A stretch of DNA of 64,000 bases from an uncultured Spirochaetota bacterium (GTDB lineage: Bacteria; Spirochaetota; Brevinematia; Brevinematales; JAOACQ01), in NCBI GenBank assembly GCA_963783575.1, contig CAWAOD010000003.1, positions 96,001 through 160,000 on the forward strand. Direction: 5' to 3'. Shown here one piece after another: positions 10,705 to 21,372 of the stretch. Position numbers and translations under genes: made by a program. Numbering within the stretch: the first letter of the stretch is position 1; each line of letters begins with the position of its first letter. The notes beneath the pieces were generated by a model. That model worked only from the letters and a program-made list of their open reading frames with translations. It was not told the origin of the DNA and made no database searches.

Positions 10705-11829
10705 TCATTTCAGGGAAACAACGTTTTTAACCGCTTCCGTAAGACTGGAAAAAGCCGTAAAACCGCCGGTTTTAAGTATCTCAATACCTTCCCTGTCGTT
10801 AGTGCCTATCAGCCGGATTACAAGCGGCAATTCAATACTGAATTCTTTTTCCGCTTCGACAAGTCCTTTTGCTATATCGTCGCAGCGGGTAATTCCCCCG
10901 AATATATTAATTAAGATTGCTTTCAAATTTTTATTTCTTATTAATATTTTCAAACCATGGACGACCTTTTGCGGATCGGAGCTTCCGCCAATGTCAAGAA
11001 AATTGGCAGGCTCGCCGCCGAAATACTTGATCAGGTCCATTGTTGCCATTGCAAGCCCCGCACCGTTTACCATGCAGCCTATATTCCCCTCAAGGCTTAC
11101 AAAAGCCAGCGATGCGGCTTTTGCATCCAGTTCGTCCCTGCTGTACTCTTCCATATTTCTCAATTCCTCAAGACTGGGATGCTTAAAAAGGCCGTTATCA
11201 TCAATTACGATCTTTGCGTCAAGGGCAATGAGACTGCCTTTTTTGTCCAGAACAAGCGGATTTATTTCAACAAGGCTGCAGTCATTTTTAATAAAAAGAT
11301 CGAATATTTTTGCAATTATCTGTAAAATCTCTCCAACTAATAATGGATCAAAAACTTTTATAAGCTCTTTCATGATCACTTTTTCATCCGATAATAATTC
11401 TCGGCTTAAAGGAATTTTGTGGATTTTTTCAGGTGATTTTATAGCAACCTCTTCAATCTCTATTCCGCCCTCTTCGCAAACTATGCATTCAATTCTTTTT
11501 TCACCGCTGTTCACAGCAATGCTTACATAAAATTCTTTTTCAATATCAACCGCCGGTGAAACGAAAACTTTATTAACCGGAATATCATTAATTTTCATTC
11601 CGAGGATTTGCCTTGCAGCAGTTTTCGCTTCCTCCTCAGTTGAAACAACCTTTACACCACCGGCTTTTCCCCTTCCCCCGGTCAAGACCTGTGCTTTTAT
11701 AACGACTTTTCTTCCTATTTCTTTCATTATAGCCCCGGCTTCATCAACGCTGAAAGCCAATTTACCCCCGGGAACCGGTATTCCGTATTCATCAAGCAAT
11801 TTTTGTCCCTGATATTCAAACAGTTTCAT
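10705..11829 (-). CDS. sucC: Succinyl-CoA synthetase beta subunit
   Basis: Motifs KAQVLTGGRGKAGG, NGAGLAMAT, NIFGGI. Confidence 0.96.
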   Translation of the reverse strand: MKLFEYQGQKLLDEYGIPVPGGKLAFSVDEAGAIMKEIGRKVVIKAQVLTGGRGKAGGVKVVSTEEEAKTAARQILGMKINDIPVNKVFVSPAVDIEKEFYVSIAVNSGEKRIECIVCEEGGIEIEEVAIKSPEKIHKIPLSRELLSDEKVIMKELIKVFDPLLVGEILQIIAKIFDLFIKNDCSLVEINPLVLDKKGSLIALDAKIVIDDNGLFKHPSLEELRNMEEYSRDELDAKAASLAFVSLEGNIGCMVNGAGLAMATMDLIKYFGGEPANFLDIGGSSDPQKVVHGLKILIRNKNLKAILINIFGGITRCDDIAKGLVEAEKEFSIELPLVIRLIGTNDREGIEILKTGGFTAFSSLTEAVKNVVSLK

Positions 11830-12548
11830 TTTATACTCTCTTTATATTCTTTTAAAATATTTTTAGTCAGATTAATGTTTTTTGTAACTTTAATGCCCCT
11901 CGGGCAGACCTTTGTGCAATTGAATTTATTCTCGCACGACCAGACCCCATCCGGTTTGTCCAGAGCGTCAAGCCTGTCGATAAGCCCGATATCCCTTGAA
12001 TCAAACAGGAATCTTGCCGCCTGGACAATCGCCGCCGGACCTATAAAGAGAGGATTTTTTTCATTTTCCACAGGGCATGAAGAAAAACAGGCGGCGCAGA
12101 GAATACACTTTGTCGTATCGTCATATTTTTCTCTTTCTTCGATACTCTGCAGCCTTTCTTTTGCTTCAACCGGATTTTTATTTATAAGAAAAGGCTTAAT
12201 TATTTTATAATTTTCAAAGAAACGGCTGTAATCAACCATTAAATCCCGTTCCAGAGGCAAAGCTTTTAAAGGCTGGATTTTTATAATGTTATTAGAACTA
12301 TCCGTTGCATCTTTAATAAGCGTCTTACATGCCAGCCTTTCAACACCGTTGATAACCATGCCATCCGAACCGCAAATCCCATGTGCGCAGCTTTTTCTGA
12401 AAGCTAGAGAACCGTCTATATAGGTTTTGATAAACATCAGCGAATCTAGGAGCCTCTCATTCGAGTCCGCTTCAATTTCATAATCCTTAAAATAAGGCTC
12501 CCTGTCTTTTTCCGGATTGAACCTTTGAATACTGAGAGTTACTTTCAT
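11826..12548 (-). CDS. sdhB: Succinate dehydrogenase/fumarate reductase iron-sulfur subunit
   Basis: Motifs SCAHGICGSD, CILCAACFSSCP, CENKFNCTKVCP. Confidence 0.95.
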   Translation of the reverse strand: MKVTLSIQRFNPEKDREPYFKDYEIEADSNERLLDSLMFIKTYIDGSLAFRKSCAHGICGSDGMVINGVERLACKTLIKDATDSSNNIIKIQPLKALPLERDLMVDYSRFFENYKIIKPFLINKNPVEAKERLQSIEEREKYDDTTKCILCAACFSSCPVENEKNPLFIGPAAIVQAARFLFDSRDIGLIDRLDALDKPDGVWSCENKFNCTKVCPRGIKVTKNINLTKNILKEYKESIK

Positions 12549-12558
12549 TGATTTCTCC

Positions 12559-13582
12559 TTAATCCGCCGAACGGTCCTGGCCCTGTCTCGCGAGCATCCA
12601 ACCCGGGTATTCAGGCGTTAAAGCACTAATATCGTCAAGTTCTTTCATCTCGCTTTCGCTTAGTTCAAGCTTTGTCGAGGCGATATTATCGATAAGCTGA
12701 TCTTCCCTTTTGGCTCCTATAATAATGCTTGTCACGCCAGGTTTTTTCGACAACCAGGCCAGTGCTACCTGTGCAGCGGAAACATTATGATTTTTACCGA
12801 TTTTAAGCATGAGGTCGATAATATCATAAGCTTTTTCCTTATTAATAAGCGGGAAATCAAATTCATCCCTCCGGCTGTCTCCTGCTTTTTCTTTTTTTCT
12901 AGTGAATTTACCGGATAAGAAACCGCCTGCAAGCGGGCTGCCATGGCATCAGCCCGAGATTTTCGCTGAGAGCCATAGGAACTATCTCCCTTTCCACATC
13001 GCGGCTTGCGATGCTGTAATAATACTGAAGGGCACAAAGCGTGCTCCAGCCCATTTTACCGGCATATCCGTTCGCTTTAGCGACCATCCATGCCGGATGG
13101 TTACAGACTCCTATATACCGTACCTTCCCGCTCCTTACAGCGTCTTCCAGCCCCCTCATTGTTTCCTCAAGCGGCGTCAACCGGTCTACTCCATGCAGAT
13201 AAAGGAGATCGATGTGTTCCAGATTGAGCCTTTCAAGGCTTGCATCAATTGAATCTGAAATATGAAGCCTTGATAATCCGGCCTCATTCGGCCCCTGCCC
13301 CATTCTCAGCCGGACTTTTGTTGCAATAAATACCTGGCTTCTCATTACTCCCAGAGTTTTCAGGGCGCCGCCAAGCAACCTTTCCGACATTCCTTCGGAA
13401 TAAGCATTTGCCGTATCGAAGAAATTAATTCCATTATCAAGTGAAATTTTAATAAGTTTTGCCGCATCGTCCTGCTGGACTTTACCGATATTCTCCCAGT
13501 AGCCCTTACCGTAGAAAGTCATTGTACCGAAACAAAGCTCCGAAACCAAAACCCCCGATTTTCCCAAAAGTTTATATTTCAT
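12559..13582 (-). CDS. Aldo/keto reductase with one frameshift near 12940 (probably a sequencing error)
   Basis: Motifs VSELCFGTMTF, FFDTANAY, GKVRYIG. Removing one C restores PWSPLAGGFLSGK and joins the AQVALAW...IIGA C-terminal part. Confidence 0.85.
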
Positions 13583-13673
13583 AAAATGCTCCTTGGCAGC
13601 ATGATGCTGCACTCGATATAATAGCTATTAAGTAGCCTGCCCTGTGCTTGTAAACTGCAATAACTAAGTTATC

Positions 13674-13903
13674 CGTCATTTTGAGCGGAGTCAAGAAATA
13701 CCTATTTATTCAGGATGACTCCACTCAGGATTACAATCGCCGGAGTTTACCTGAGCCTGCCTGCCTGGCGGCAGACAGGCCGGAGTGCTCAGTATGACTA
13801 TCTATTTTAACACAAGTTTTACTCTATACCTTCCCTAGCCTCCTTCGACATCCCCAGCCGAGCTGGGGCACTCAGGACAGGCTCTCCTTATCAAGGAGGG
13901 GGA
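13674..13903. repeat. Cluster of nested REP-like palindromes
   Basis: GTCATTTTGAGCGGAGTC, CCTGCCTGCC..GGCAGACAGG, CTTCGAC..CTCAGGACAGG, CCCCAGC-CGA-GCTGGGG, CTCCTT-ATC-AAGGAG. Confidence 0.65.
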
Positions 13904-13939
13904 ATATTGTTCACCAAGCTCCTTCAAGCGGTAAGCTTG

Positions 13940-15676
13940 CTAATATGTTCTCGGCTTGGGTTTGAACATCGACAGATCAACGCTTTTATACTCAATTTTA
14001 AGTTTATCCCCATCGGTGGAAATCATTGTATGTTTAAGCCATTCTTCATCATTTCTTAGCGGGTAATCCTCCCTGGAATGCGCACCCCTTGATTCAGTTC
14101 TGTTTTGGGCTGATACAGCGGTTACATAAGCAAGATCAAGCAGGTTTTTAAGCTCAAGTAACTCCTGAAGATCTGTGTTGAATTTTTTATTTTTATCTTC
14201 AACCCTCACATCAAGGTATTTCTTTTTTAATTCCGCTATCATATCGACGGCTTTCTGCAAGTCTTCATTTTTCCTGAATATACCTGTGTTCTCCATCATA
14301 ATATCCTGCATTTCTTCCCGGATTTTACCGCCATGAATTCCTTTTTCCCCATTCATCAGAACAGATATTATTTTTCTGGAATAATCTGCGGCGCTTTCTG
14401 AAACAATTCCGAAATCTGAATTTCTGATATATTCAGACATATCTTTCCCAGCCCTTCTGCCGAAAACGACAAGATCGACAAGGCTGTTTGTCCCCAGCCT
14501 ATTGGCTCCATGAACTGACACACAGGCGCATTCCCCGGCCGCATAAAGCCCCTCGTAAACCTCCCCGGAAAAATTCTTGAGTACCCTGCCATTGATATCC
14601 GTTGGAATTCCGCCCATAGCGTAATGTGCGGTCGGCTGAACCGGGATCGGTTTTTCAGAAGGATCTATACCGAGATAATTCATACAGAATTCCGTGATGT
14701 CGGGAAGCTTGGAATAAATCACATCTTTACCCAGATGCGATGCGTCAAGCATGACATAATCATCGATTTTTCCGTCGCCCCTCATACCGTTACCTTTTTT
14801 AAGCTCCGTTATGATCGCCCTGCTGATCAGGTCCCTTGGAGCAAGGTCAAGAAGTGTCGGCGCATATTCCTTCATAAATGGCTCGCCCATTCTATTCTTC
14901 AGTATTCCGCCCTCACCCCTTACTGCCTCTGTAATAAGAATTCCCATACCGGCGATACCGGTCGGGTGAAACTGGAAAAACTCCATGTCCATCAGGGGAA
15001 TTTTCCTTCTGAATAAAACCGCCGGCCCATCGCCGGTATTGGCATATGCGTTTGAAGTGGTCTTAAAAATCCGGCCGAACCCGCCTGTTGCGAAAAGAAC
15101 GCATTTAGACTTAAAGATATGAATATCCCCCGTTGATAATTCCAGGGCAACTATTCCGTTGCACTTTTTATCATCAATGATAACATCCGTCACAAAAAAT
15201 TCATCAAAAAAAGCCACGTTGTTTTTAATACACTGCTGGTATAACGTCTGAAGGATCATATGCCCGGTTCTGTCCGCGGCATAGCAAGAACGCTTTACCG
15301 GGGCCTCGCCGAAATTCCTTGTGTGGCCCCCGAACCTCCGCTGGTCTATTTTGCCGTCAGGAGTTCTGCTGAAAGGCAGTCCGCGGTTTTCAAGGTCGTA
15401 AACCGCATTGACCGCCTCTTCTACAAGAATTTTAGCGGCACTTTGATCGGCAAGATAATCTCCGCCCTTGATTGTGTCGAACGCATGCCATTCCGGCCTG
15501 TCCTCTTCGACATTGCCTAAAGCGGCTCCAATACCGCCCTGCGCTGTACCTGTATGGCTCCTTATGGCATAAAGCTTTGAAATGACGGCGGTTTTCCCCT
15601 TACCGCTTGCTTCAAGGGCTGCGTAAAGCCCCGCTCCACCGCCCCCGACAATGACCGCATCGAATTCATGAATCAT
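13940..15676 (-). CDS. sdhA: Succinate dehydrogenase/fumarate reductase flavoprotein subunit
   Basis: Motifs [16 protein letters not shown] (FAD-binding His), QFHPTG, HGANRLG, ESRGAH. Confidence 0.95.
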   Translation of the reverse strand: MIHEFDAVIVGGGGAGLYAALEASGKGKTAVISKLYAIRSHTGTAQGGIGAALGNVEEDRPEWHAFDTIKGGDYLADQSAAKILVEEAVNAVYDLENRGLPFSRTPDGKIDQRRFGGHTRNFGEAPVKRSCYAADRTGHMILQTLYQQCIKNNVAFFDEFFVTDVIIDDKKCNGIVALELSTGDIHIFKSKCVLFATGGFGRIFKTTSNAYANTGDGPAVLFRRKIPLMDMEFFQFHPTGIAGMGILITEAVRGEGGILKNRMGEPFMKEYAPTLLDLAPRDLISRAIITELKKGNGMRGDGKIDDYVMLDASHLGKDVIYSKLPDITEFCMNYLGIDPSEKPIPVQPTAHYAMGGIPTDINGRVLKNFSGEVYEGLYAAGECACVSVHGANRLGTNSLVDLVVFGRRAGKDMSEYIRNSDFGIVSESAADYSRKIISVLMNGEKGIHGGKIREEMQDIMMENTGIFRKNEDLQKAVDMIAELKKKYLDVRVEDKNKKFNTDLQELLELKNLLDLAYVTAVSAQNRTESRGAHSREDYPLRNDEEWLKHTMISTDGDKLKIEYKSVDLSMFKPKPRTY

Positions 15677-17595
15677 CTGCCTTCCTCCGCTAAATTGAGA
15701 TATCCTCCGGCGAGGAGAATCTTCCTATGCCTTGGAGAAACATCAAGGATTGTGACGATTTTTCTTCCGTTTACTTCAACCGGAATTTCAGCATTGCCGT
15801 TTTCAATGATCTTTTTAATATCAAATAATTTTATCTTATCTCCCAATTTTATTGTGTCAAAATCACTTTTATCTTTGAAAGTAAGAGGTAAAATTCCGAA
15901 ATCTATGAGGTTATCTTTGTGAATCCTGGCGAAGCTTTTAACGATTTTTGCCTTAACTCCCAAAAACCTAGGCGCCAGGGCCGCATGTTCCCTCGAAGAG
16001 CCCTGACCGTAGTTCTCCCCTCCTATTACAATCCCGCTGCCTTTTTCCTTTGCCCTTTTTGAAAAGTTTTCATCTATAATATCAAAGACAAATTCGCTGA
16101 TCTTTGAAATATTGCTCCTGAAAGGTAAAGCCCTGTTCCCCGCCGGCATTATAATGTCGGTACTGATGTTATCGCCCACTTTTATGACAACTTCACATTC
16201 AAGCGATCCTGGCAGCGCTTCGAACCTGGGTATAGCCTGGATATTCGGCCCCTTTATCAATTCAACATTGGAGCCTTTTTCAGCAGGCTTTATGAACCAT
16301 TTCATATTGAAAACATATTTTTCGGGATAATCTATCACGGGATAATTGCCCATTGTCCTAGGGTCTGTAATTTTACCTGTCAATGCCGATGCGGCAGCCG
16401 TTTCAGGAGAGCACAAATAAACAGCGTCATCGTTTGTTCCGCTTCTCCCTTTGAAATTCCTGGGAAATGTCCTTAAGGAATTCGTCCCGCTTGCAGGCGC
16501 CTGCCCGATTCCGATACATCCCAGGCAACCCGGCTCGTGGACTCGCGCGCCCGCTTCGATAAAATTCTTTATCCCGCCCATAATCAGGACGTTTTCAAGG
16601 GTTTCCCTGCTTCCGGTGTTTATCTCAAAACTGACCTGGGGATGCTTGATTTTGCCTTCGACCATTTTCGCCGCGATCATAAAGTCCCTGTAGCTTCCGT
16701 TGCAGGACGACCCTATTATCACCTGGTGAATATCGGTGCCGCTAAGTTCCTTTGCCGGTTTGACATTATCAGGGCTTGAAGGACAGGCGACAAGAGGTTC
16801 GATTGCGGAAAGATCAAGCTCGGAGTTAATTTCGAACACGGCGCCATCTTCGGTTTTTAAGGGTTTCCAGTCATTTTCCCTGTCTTCCTTTCTTAAATAT
16901 TCTTTTGTGATTTCATCAGAAGGAAAAATAACCGCTGTAAGGCCCATATCCACGCCCATATTTGCGATCGTCGCCCTGGCTGCCAGATCCAGGTTCAAAA
17001 CCCCGGGACCGTAAAACTCCATAATCTTGCCAAGTCCGCCGTTAGCCCTGTAAGTCCTCAATAACTGCAGTATCACATCCTTCCCTGAAACAAAATCCTG
17101 CAGTTTCCCAGTAACATAAACCCCCCAGATCTTCGGCATAATAATATGATAAGGAACTCCCGCCATTGCCATTGCGACCTCGATGCCCCCCGCTCCCATA
17201 GCCAGCATGCCCAGGCACCCTCCGGTTGTCGTATGGCTGTCGGAGCCGAGGAGCGTTTTACCTGGAATCCCGAATCTCTGCCTGTGCACATGGTGAGAAA
17301 CTCCATTCCCCGCCGGAGATAGAAGGACCCCGTATTTCGAAGCCGCTGATTGCAGAAACCTGTGATCGTCGGCATTTTTATAATCGGTTTGTATTATGTT
17401 ATGGTCGATATAGCTTACTGCCAGATCAACCTTTACCCTGTCAATATTCATTGATTCGAATTCCAGGTAAACCATCGTTCCGGTAGCATCCTGTGTCAGA
17501 GTTTGATCGATTTTGATGCCGATTTCTTCACCCTGGACAAGCCTTCCTTCAACAATATGGCTTTCAATTATTTTTTCAGCGATTGTTCCTTTCAT
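15673..17595 (-). CDS. Aconitate hydratase
   Basis: Motifs [40 protein letters not shown]; 640-aa aconitase in TCA context. Confidence 0.9.
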   Translation of the reverse strand: MKGTIAEKIIESHIVEGRLVQGEEIGIKIDQTLTQDATGTMVYLEFESMNIDRVKVDLAVSYIDHNIIQTDYKNADDHRFLQSAASKYGVLLSPAGNGVSHHVHRQRFGIPGKTLLGSDSHTTTGGCLGMLAMGAGGIEVAMAMAGVPYHIIMPKIWGVYVTGKLQDFVSGKDVILQLLRTYRANGGLGKIMEFYGPGVLNLDLAARATIANMGVDMGLTAVIFPSDEITKEYLRKEDRENDWKPLKTEDGAVFEINSELDLSAIEPLVACPSSPDNVKPAKELSGTDIHQVIIGSSCNGSYRDFMIAAKMVEGKIKHPQVSFEINTGSRETLENVLIMGGIKNFIEAGARVHEPGCLGCIGIGQAPASGTNSLRTFPRNFKGRSGTNDDAVYLCSPETAAASALTGKITDPRTMGNYPVIDYPEKYVFNMKWFIKPAEKGSNVELIKGPNIQAIPRFEALPGSLECEVVIKVGDNISTDIIMPAGNRALPFRSNISKISEFVFDIIDENFSKRAKEKGSGIVIGGENYGQGSSREHAALAPRFLGVKAKIVKSFARIHKDNLIDFGILPLTFKDKSDFDTIKLGDKIKLFDIKKIIENGNAEIPVEVNGRKIVTILDVSPRHRKILLAGGYLNLAEEGR

Positions 17596-17910
17596 TACAA
17601 CCTCCGGAATTGGATAATATCAAAATACTTGATAGTAGCTTTTTATATTCAGGAATTGAAATCTTGAAAGGAATCAATGAAATGCAATGTCGGTACAATT
17701 TTCTCATAATTCACACCCCATAAAAAAAATGGGACGGTTCCTCGTTGATCATATGTTAAGATCATTAAAACTAATATAACTTAATAGATAGTAAATAGTC
17801 AAGCCATTTTCAGGTAAATTTTTAATTATAATAATTCATTGACTCATTTTACCGGTCTTTTTAAGATAAATTGTTCATGTCAATTGAAAATAATAACCGG
17901 GAGCGTATTT

Positions 17911-19290
17911 ATGAATTACCGTATTGAAAGCGATACAATGGGTGAAATGAAAGTCGAAAAAGATAAACTATGGGGCGCGCAGACGCAAAGATCCCTGGAA
18001 AACTTCAACATCGGGCATGAAAAAATGCCTATTGAAATCATTTATGCCCTGACGCTTATAAAAAAAGCCGCGGCTGTTTCGAACAACAAACTGGGAAAGC
18101 TCCCGGCGGATAAAATGAAAGCTATCGTAAGCGCAAGTGACGAAATATTGAACGGAAGGCATGACAGTCAATTTCCTCTGTCAATATGGCAGACGGGGAG
18201 CGGGACGCAAACCAATATGAATGTAAACGAGGTGATCTCAAATATCGCAATCTTAAAAATGGGCGGTGAACCAGGCTCAAAGGAGCCGGTACACCCGAAT
18301 GACGACGTGAATAAATCGCAGTCTTCAAATGATATTTTCCCCGCCGCAATGCAGGTATCAGCGGTTACAATGATTGATAAGTTTTTGCTTCCCTCCGCAA
18401 ATATTTTACTTGATACATTAAACAAAAAAAGCGAGGAATTTAATGGCATAATCAAATGCGGGAGAACTCATCTTCAGGACGCAGTTCCGATAAGGCTCGG
18501 ACAGGAATTTTCGGGGTATGCCGAGCAAATCCGGGCTTCGATAGAAAGGATAAAAAGTGCCCTGACGGATGCGTATCTTTTACCTATAGGGGGATCGGCA
18601 GTAGGAACCGGGTTGAACGTTCCACAAGGATTTGATATATCGGCTTGTGAACTAATTTCAGAATATACAAATTTACCTTTCAAACCGGCTAAAAATAAAT
18701 ACATATCGATGGCCTCCCATGATAACCTTGTTCATCTCTCCGGAGCATTGAACAGCCTGGCCTGTTCCTTAATGAAGATCGCCAATGATATCCGTTGGAT
18801 GGGTTCCGGTCCCCGCTGCGGCATTGGTGAAATTACCCTTCCTGAAAACGAACCCGGAAGTTCCATTATGCCCGGCAAGGTTAACCCGACCCAGTGCGAG
18901 GCCCTTACAATGGTCTGTACCCAGGTGATGGGCAATCATACGGCGATAAGTATTGCCGGGGCGTCCGGCAATTTTGAGCTTAATGTTTTTAAGCCGGTGA
19001 TTATTTATAACCTTCTTCAATCTATCGATATCCTCGCCGGTTCAATGGATAGTTTTACAAAAAAATGCCTCGTCGGTATAAAAGTCAATCAAAATAGAAT
19101 CAGGGAATATCTTGAAAAAAGCCTGATGCTTGTTACAGCTCTTAACCCGCATATCGGTTACGAAAACTCTGCAAAAATAACCAAACTTGCTCATGAAAAA
19201 GATATCACCCTGAAGGAAGCAGCTCTTGAGCTGAAACTGTTGTCAGCGGAGGAGTTTGACAAATATGTTAAACCGGAGGAAATGGTTTGA
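17911..19290 (+). CDS. fumC: Fumarate hydratase class II
   Basis: Motifs RIESDTMG, WQTGSGTQTNMN, GSSIMPGKVNP; ATG at 17911. Confidence 0.96.
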   Translation: MNYRIESDTMGEMKVEKDKLWGAQTQRSLENFNIGHEKMPIEIIYALTLIKKAAAVSNNKLGKLPADKMKAIVSASDEILNGRHDSQFPLSIWQTGSGTQTNMNVNEVISNIAILKMGGEPGSKEPVHPNDDVNKSQSSNDIFPAAMQVSAVTMIDKFLLPSANILLDTLNKKSEEFNGIIKCGRTHLQDAVPIRLGQEFSGYAEQIRASIERIKSALTDAYLLPIGGSAVGTGLNVPQGFDISACELISEYTNLPFKPAKNKYISMASHDNLVHLSGALNSLACSLMKIANDIRWMGSGPRCGIGEITLPENEPGSSIMPGKVNPTQCEALTMVCTQVMGNHTAISIAGASGNFELNVFKPVIIYNLLQSIDILAGSMDSFTKKCLVGIKVNQNRIREYLEKSLMLVTALNPHIGYENSAKITKLAHEKDITLKEAALELKLLSAEEFDKYVKPEEMV

Positions 19291-19718
19291 AAGTTCACTT
19301 TTCTGAAAATATACCTGTCATTTTTTCCATGCGTGACCCGCAAAATACACTTTTTTTTAAAGAATACTTGACGAAATTACAATTATTTGTGAAATTTTAT
19401 AATCCTAAAACTAAAATTACTTTCTCAAGCTTTTCCCAACCCCAAATTCGACAGGCTCAGTGCATTGCTCCACGGGAGGGTTCACTGAAAAATGAGTTAA
19501 AATTTGAAAACTATAACTAACTGTTTCTAATTGTATTTATAACTCATTGTTATAAAATAGGATATGACACCAATAAAATACTGTTTATTAAACATTTTAA
19601 GATTTATGATGATTTTCAGTGAACACACGGGAGGGGGTATTGTTAAACAGTAATAATCCATTAAGTTTATGGTAAAAGCTTTTGGCATTATTTGAGAGAA
19701 ATAATTAGGAGATAAGCC

Positions 19719-20483
19719 ATGAAAAGACCGTGTTTTTTTATCATGCTGGTTTTTATTTATAATTTGCTTAATGCTTATGAAAATAACCTCCCCAACCTGA
19801 CTACACCATCAATCTTGCAGCCGGGCCAGCTGGAATTCGAGATAATTCACCGGCTGTATGATGATCTTCCGGATGTTCCTGAAAACGGTTTTCTGGTATC
19901 GGGAGCAAATGTCAGGGTGGGATTAAAGGCGTGCATATGGAACAGCCTGGCTGTTTATGGAAATTATGGTAATAACCAGACGGAGTTCCAGATTGGCGCA
20001 AATTATTCGATCCTTCCCGAAAACTCATTTATAAAAGGATTGGCGGATACCTCATATTTCAGCTACCAGGATTTTTTCAGACAAAGCAGGAGCCAAAATA
20101 TTTTTTTATTATTATCCATGCAGACAATGAGGATAAATAAAATACTCTGTACAAGCTTAAATTTAGGTTACGATAATTTCAACCAGGCGTTCGGCGCAGC
20201 CCTGGGGCTTGACGCAAAAGTCGTTTCAGGATTTAACCTGTTTCTGGAATACGGCCAGGATTTAATCCACAACCCGCAGAATACAAATATTCTGCAAAAC
20301 GGATACATCTCCGCGGGGTTCAAAATCGAAACCTGGGGGCATCACTTCATGTTTGTTTTTCAAAATACCCCGGAGATTGGAATGCGCAGGCTTTTGAACG
20401 GTACATCATCTTATACGAACTGGTATTTCGGTTTTACCATTCAGAGGCTGTTCGACCTGGCGCCTGCCCAACAAAGCGAATAA
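19719..20483 (+). CDS. Secreted beta-barrel protein (DUF5777-like)
   Basis: Signal peptide; motifs LEFEIIHR, IETWGHHF, WYFGFTIQRLF. Confidence 0.65.
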   Translation: MKRPCFFIMLVFIYNLLNAYENNLPNLTTPSILQPGQLEFEIIHRLYDDLPDVPENGFLVSGANVRVGLKACIWNSLAVYGNYGNNQTEFQIGANYSILPENSFIKGLADTSYFSYQDFFRQSRSQNIFLLLSMQTMRINKILCTSLNLGYDNFNQAFGAALGLDAKVVSGFNLFLEYGQDLIHNPQNTNILQNGYISAGFKIETWGHHFMFVFQNTPEIGMRRLLNGTSSYTNWYFGFTIQRLFDLAPAQQSE

Positions 20484-20499
20484 AATAAGGGAGGATATT

Positions 20500-20862
20500 A
20501 TGAAAACTGAAAATGCTTTAATGATCTTTGGAATGGCTTTGATTACCTTAATTCTCTTTTCCTGCAACACTTATTCGAGTGGAGGTTCCGGCAGCAGTAC
20601 TGCAAACAGCTCGGCAAATATCCAGATAACCGGTTTTGCTTTCAGCCCCTCTACCTATACAGCCGCAGTGGGGCAATCGATAACCTGGCAGAATAATGAC
20701 AGTACCGCGCATACCGTAACAAGCACATCCGGATCGGAATTAAACAGCGAAAACATCAATCAGGGGGGTACTTACTCGCATATCTTCGCCACTGCCGGTA
20801 CGTATAACTACATATGCAGCATTCACACCTATATGCACGGCAGTATTGTGGTGACAAATTAA
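20500..20862 (+). CDS. Cupredoxin (plastocyanin/azurin-like) lipoprotein
   Basis: Lipobox LFSC; HTVT and C-x2-H-x2-M (CSIHTYM) type-1 copper ligands. Confidence 0.88.
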   Translation: MKTENALMIFGMALITLILFSCNTYSSGGSGSSTANSSANIQITGFAFSPSTYTAAVGQSITWQNNDSTAHTVTSTSGSELNSENINQGGTYSHIFATAGTYNYICSIHTYMHGSIVVTN

Positions 20863-21003
20863 AGGCAATACCGGATATACCAGTGAAAATAGCAGATGCC
20901 GATATTATTAATGCGGGTTTGATGGCATATATTCGCATTATGTGAGCCTTCTAAAAGGGGATCAAGTCTTTCTTTATAGAAATATTATGATAAGGAGGAC
21001 TTT

Positions 21004-21372
21004 ATGCTGATTCTGAAATTTACATCTATTTCCTTTTTTATTGCCGCAACCCTGTTCTTTATTTCCTGCAATTCAGTTACGACACAGGGCGGCGGGACAT
21101 CAACCAATTTAGTATTGTCGTATGATGTACCGATTCAGTTTTATACTTTTGAACCTTCAAGTTTAACGGTACCGGCCGGGTCGACTGTAACTTGGGTTAA
21201 CCATGATACGGCGACACATACGGTTACAAGCACCGGCGGACCGCAACCTTTCAACAGCGGTAATTTAACCGTCGACGCGGGTTATAGTTTCACTTTCACA
21301 ATATCAGGTACAAACACATACCGCTGTAATATCCATACATATATGACGGGGACTGTTATAATTACAAATTAA
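21004..21372 (+). CDS. Cupredoxin lipoprotein, paralog of the previous gene
   Basis: Lipobox FISC; HTVT and CNIHTYM. Confidence 0.88.
   Translation: MLILKFTSISFFIAATLFFISCNSVTTQGGGTSTNLVLSYDVPIQFYTFEPSSLTVPAGSTVTWVNHDTATHTVTSTGGPQPFNSGNLTVDAGYSFTFTISGTNTYRCNIHTYMTGTVIITN

Noticed and set aside
6296..11530. Long plus-strand ORFs (223, 170, 216 and 242 aa) opposite the suc genes
   Set aside because: They are antisense shadows of well-conserved genes and have no recognisable motifs.
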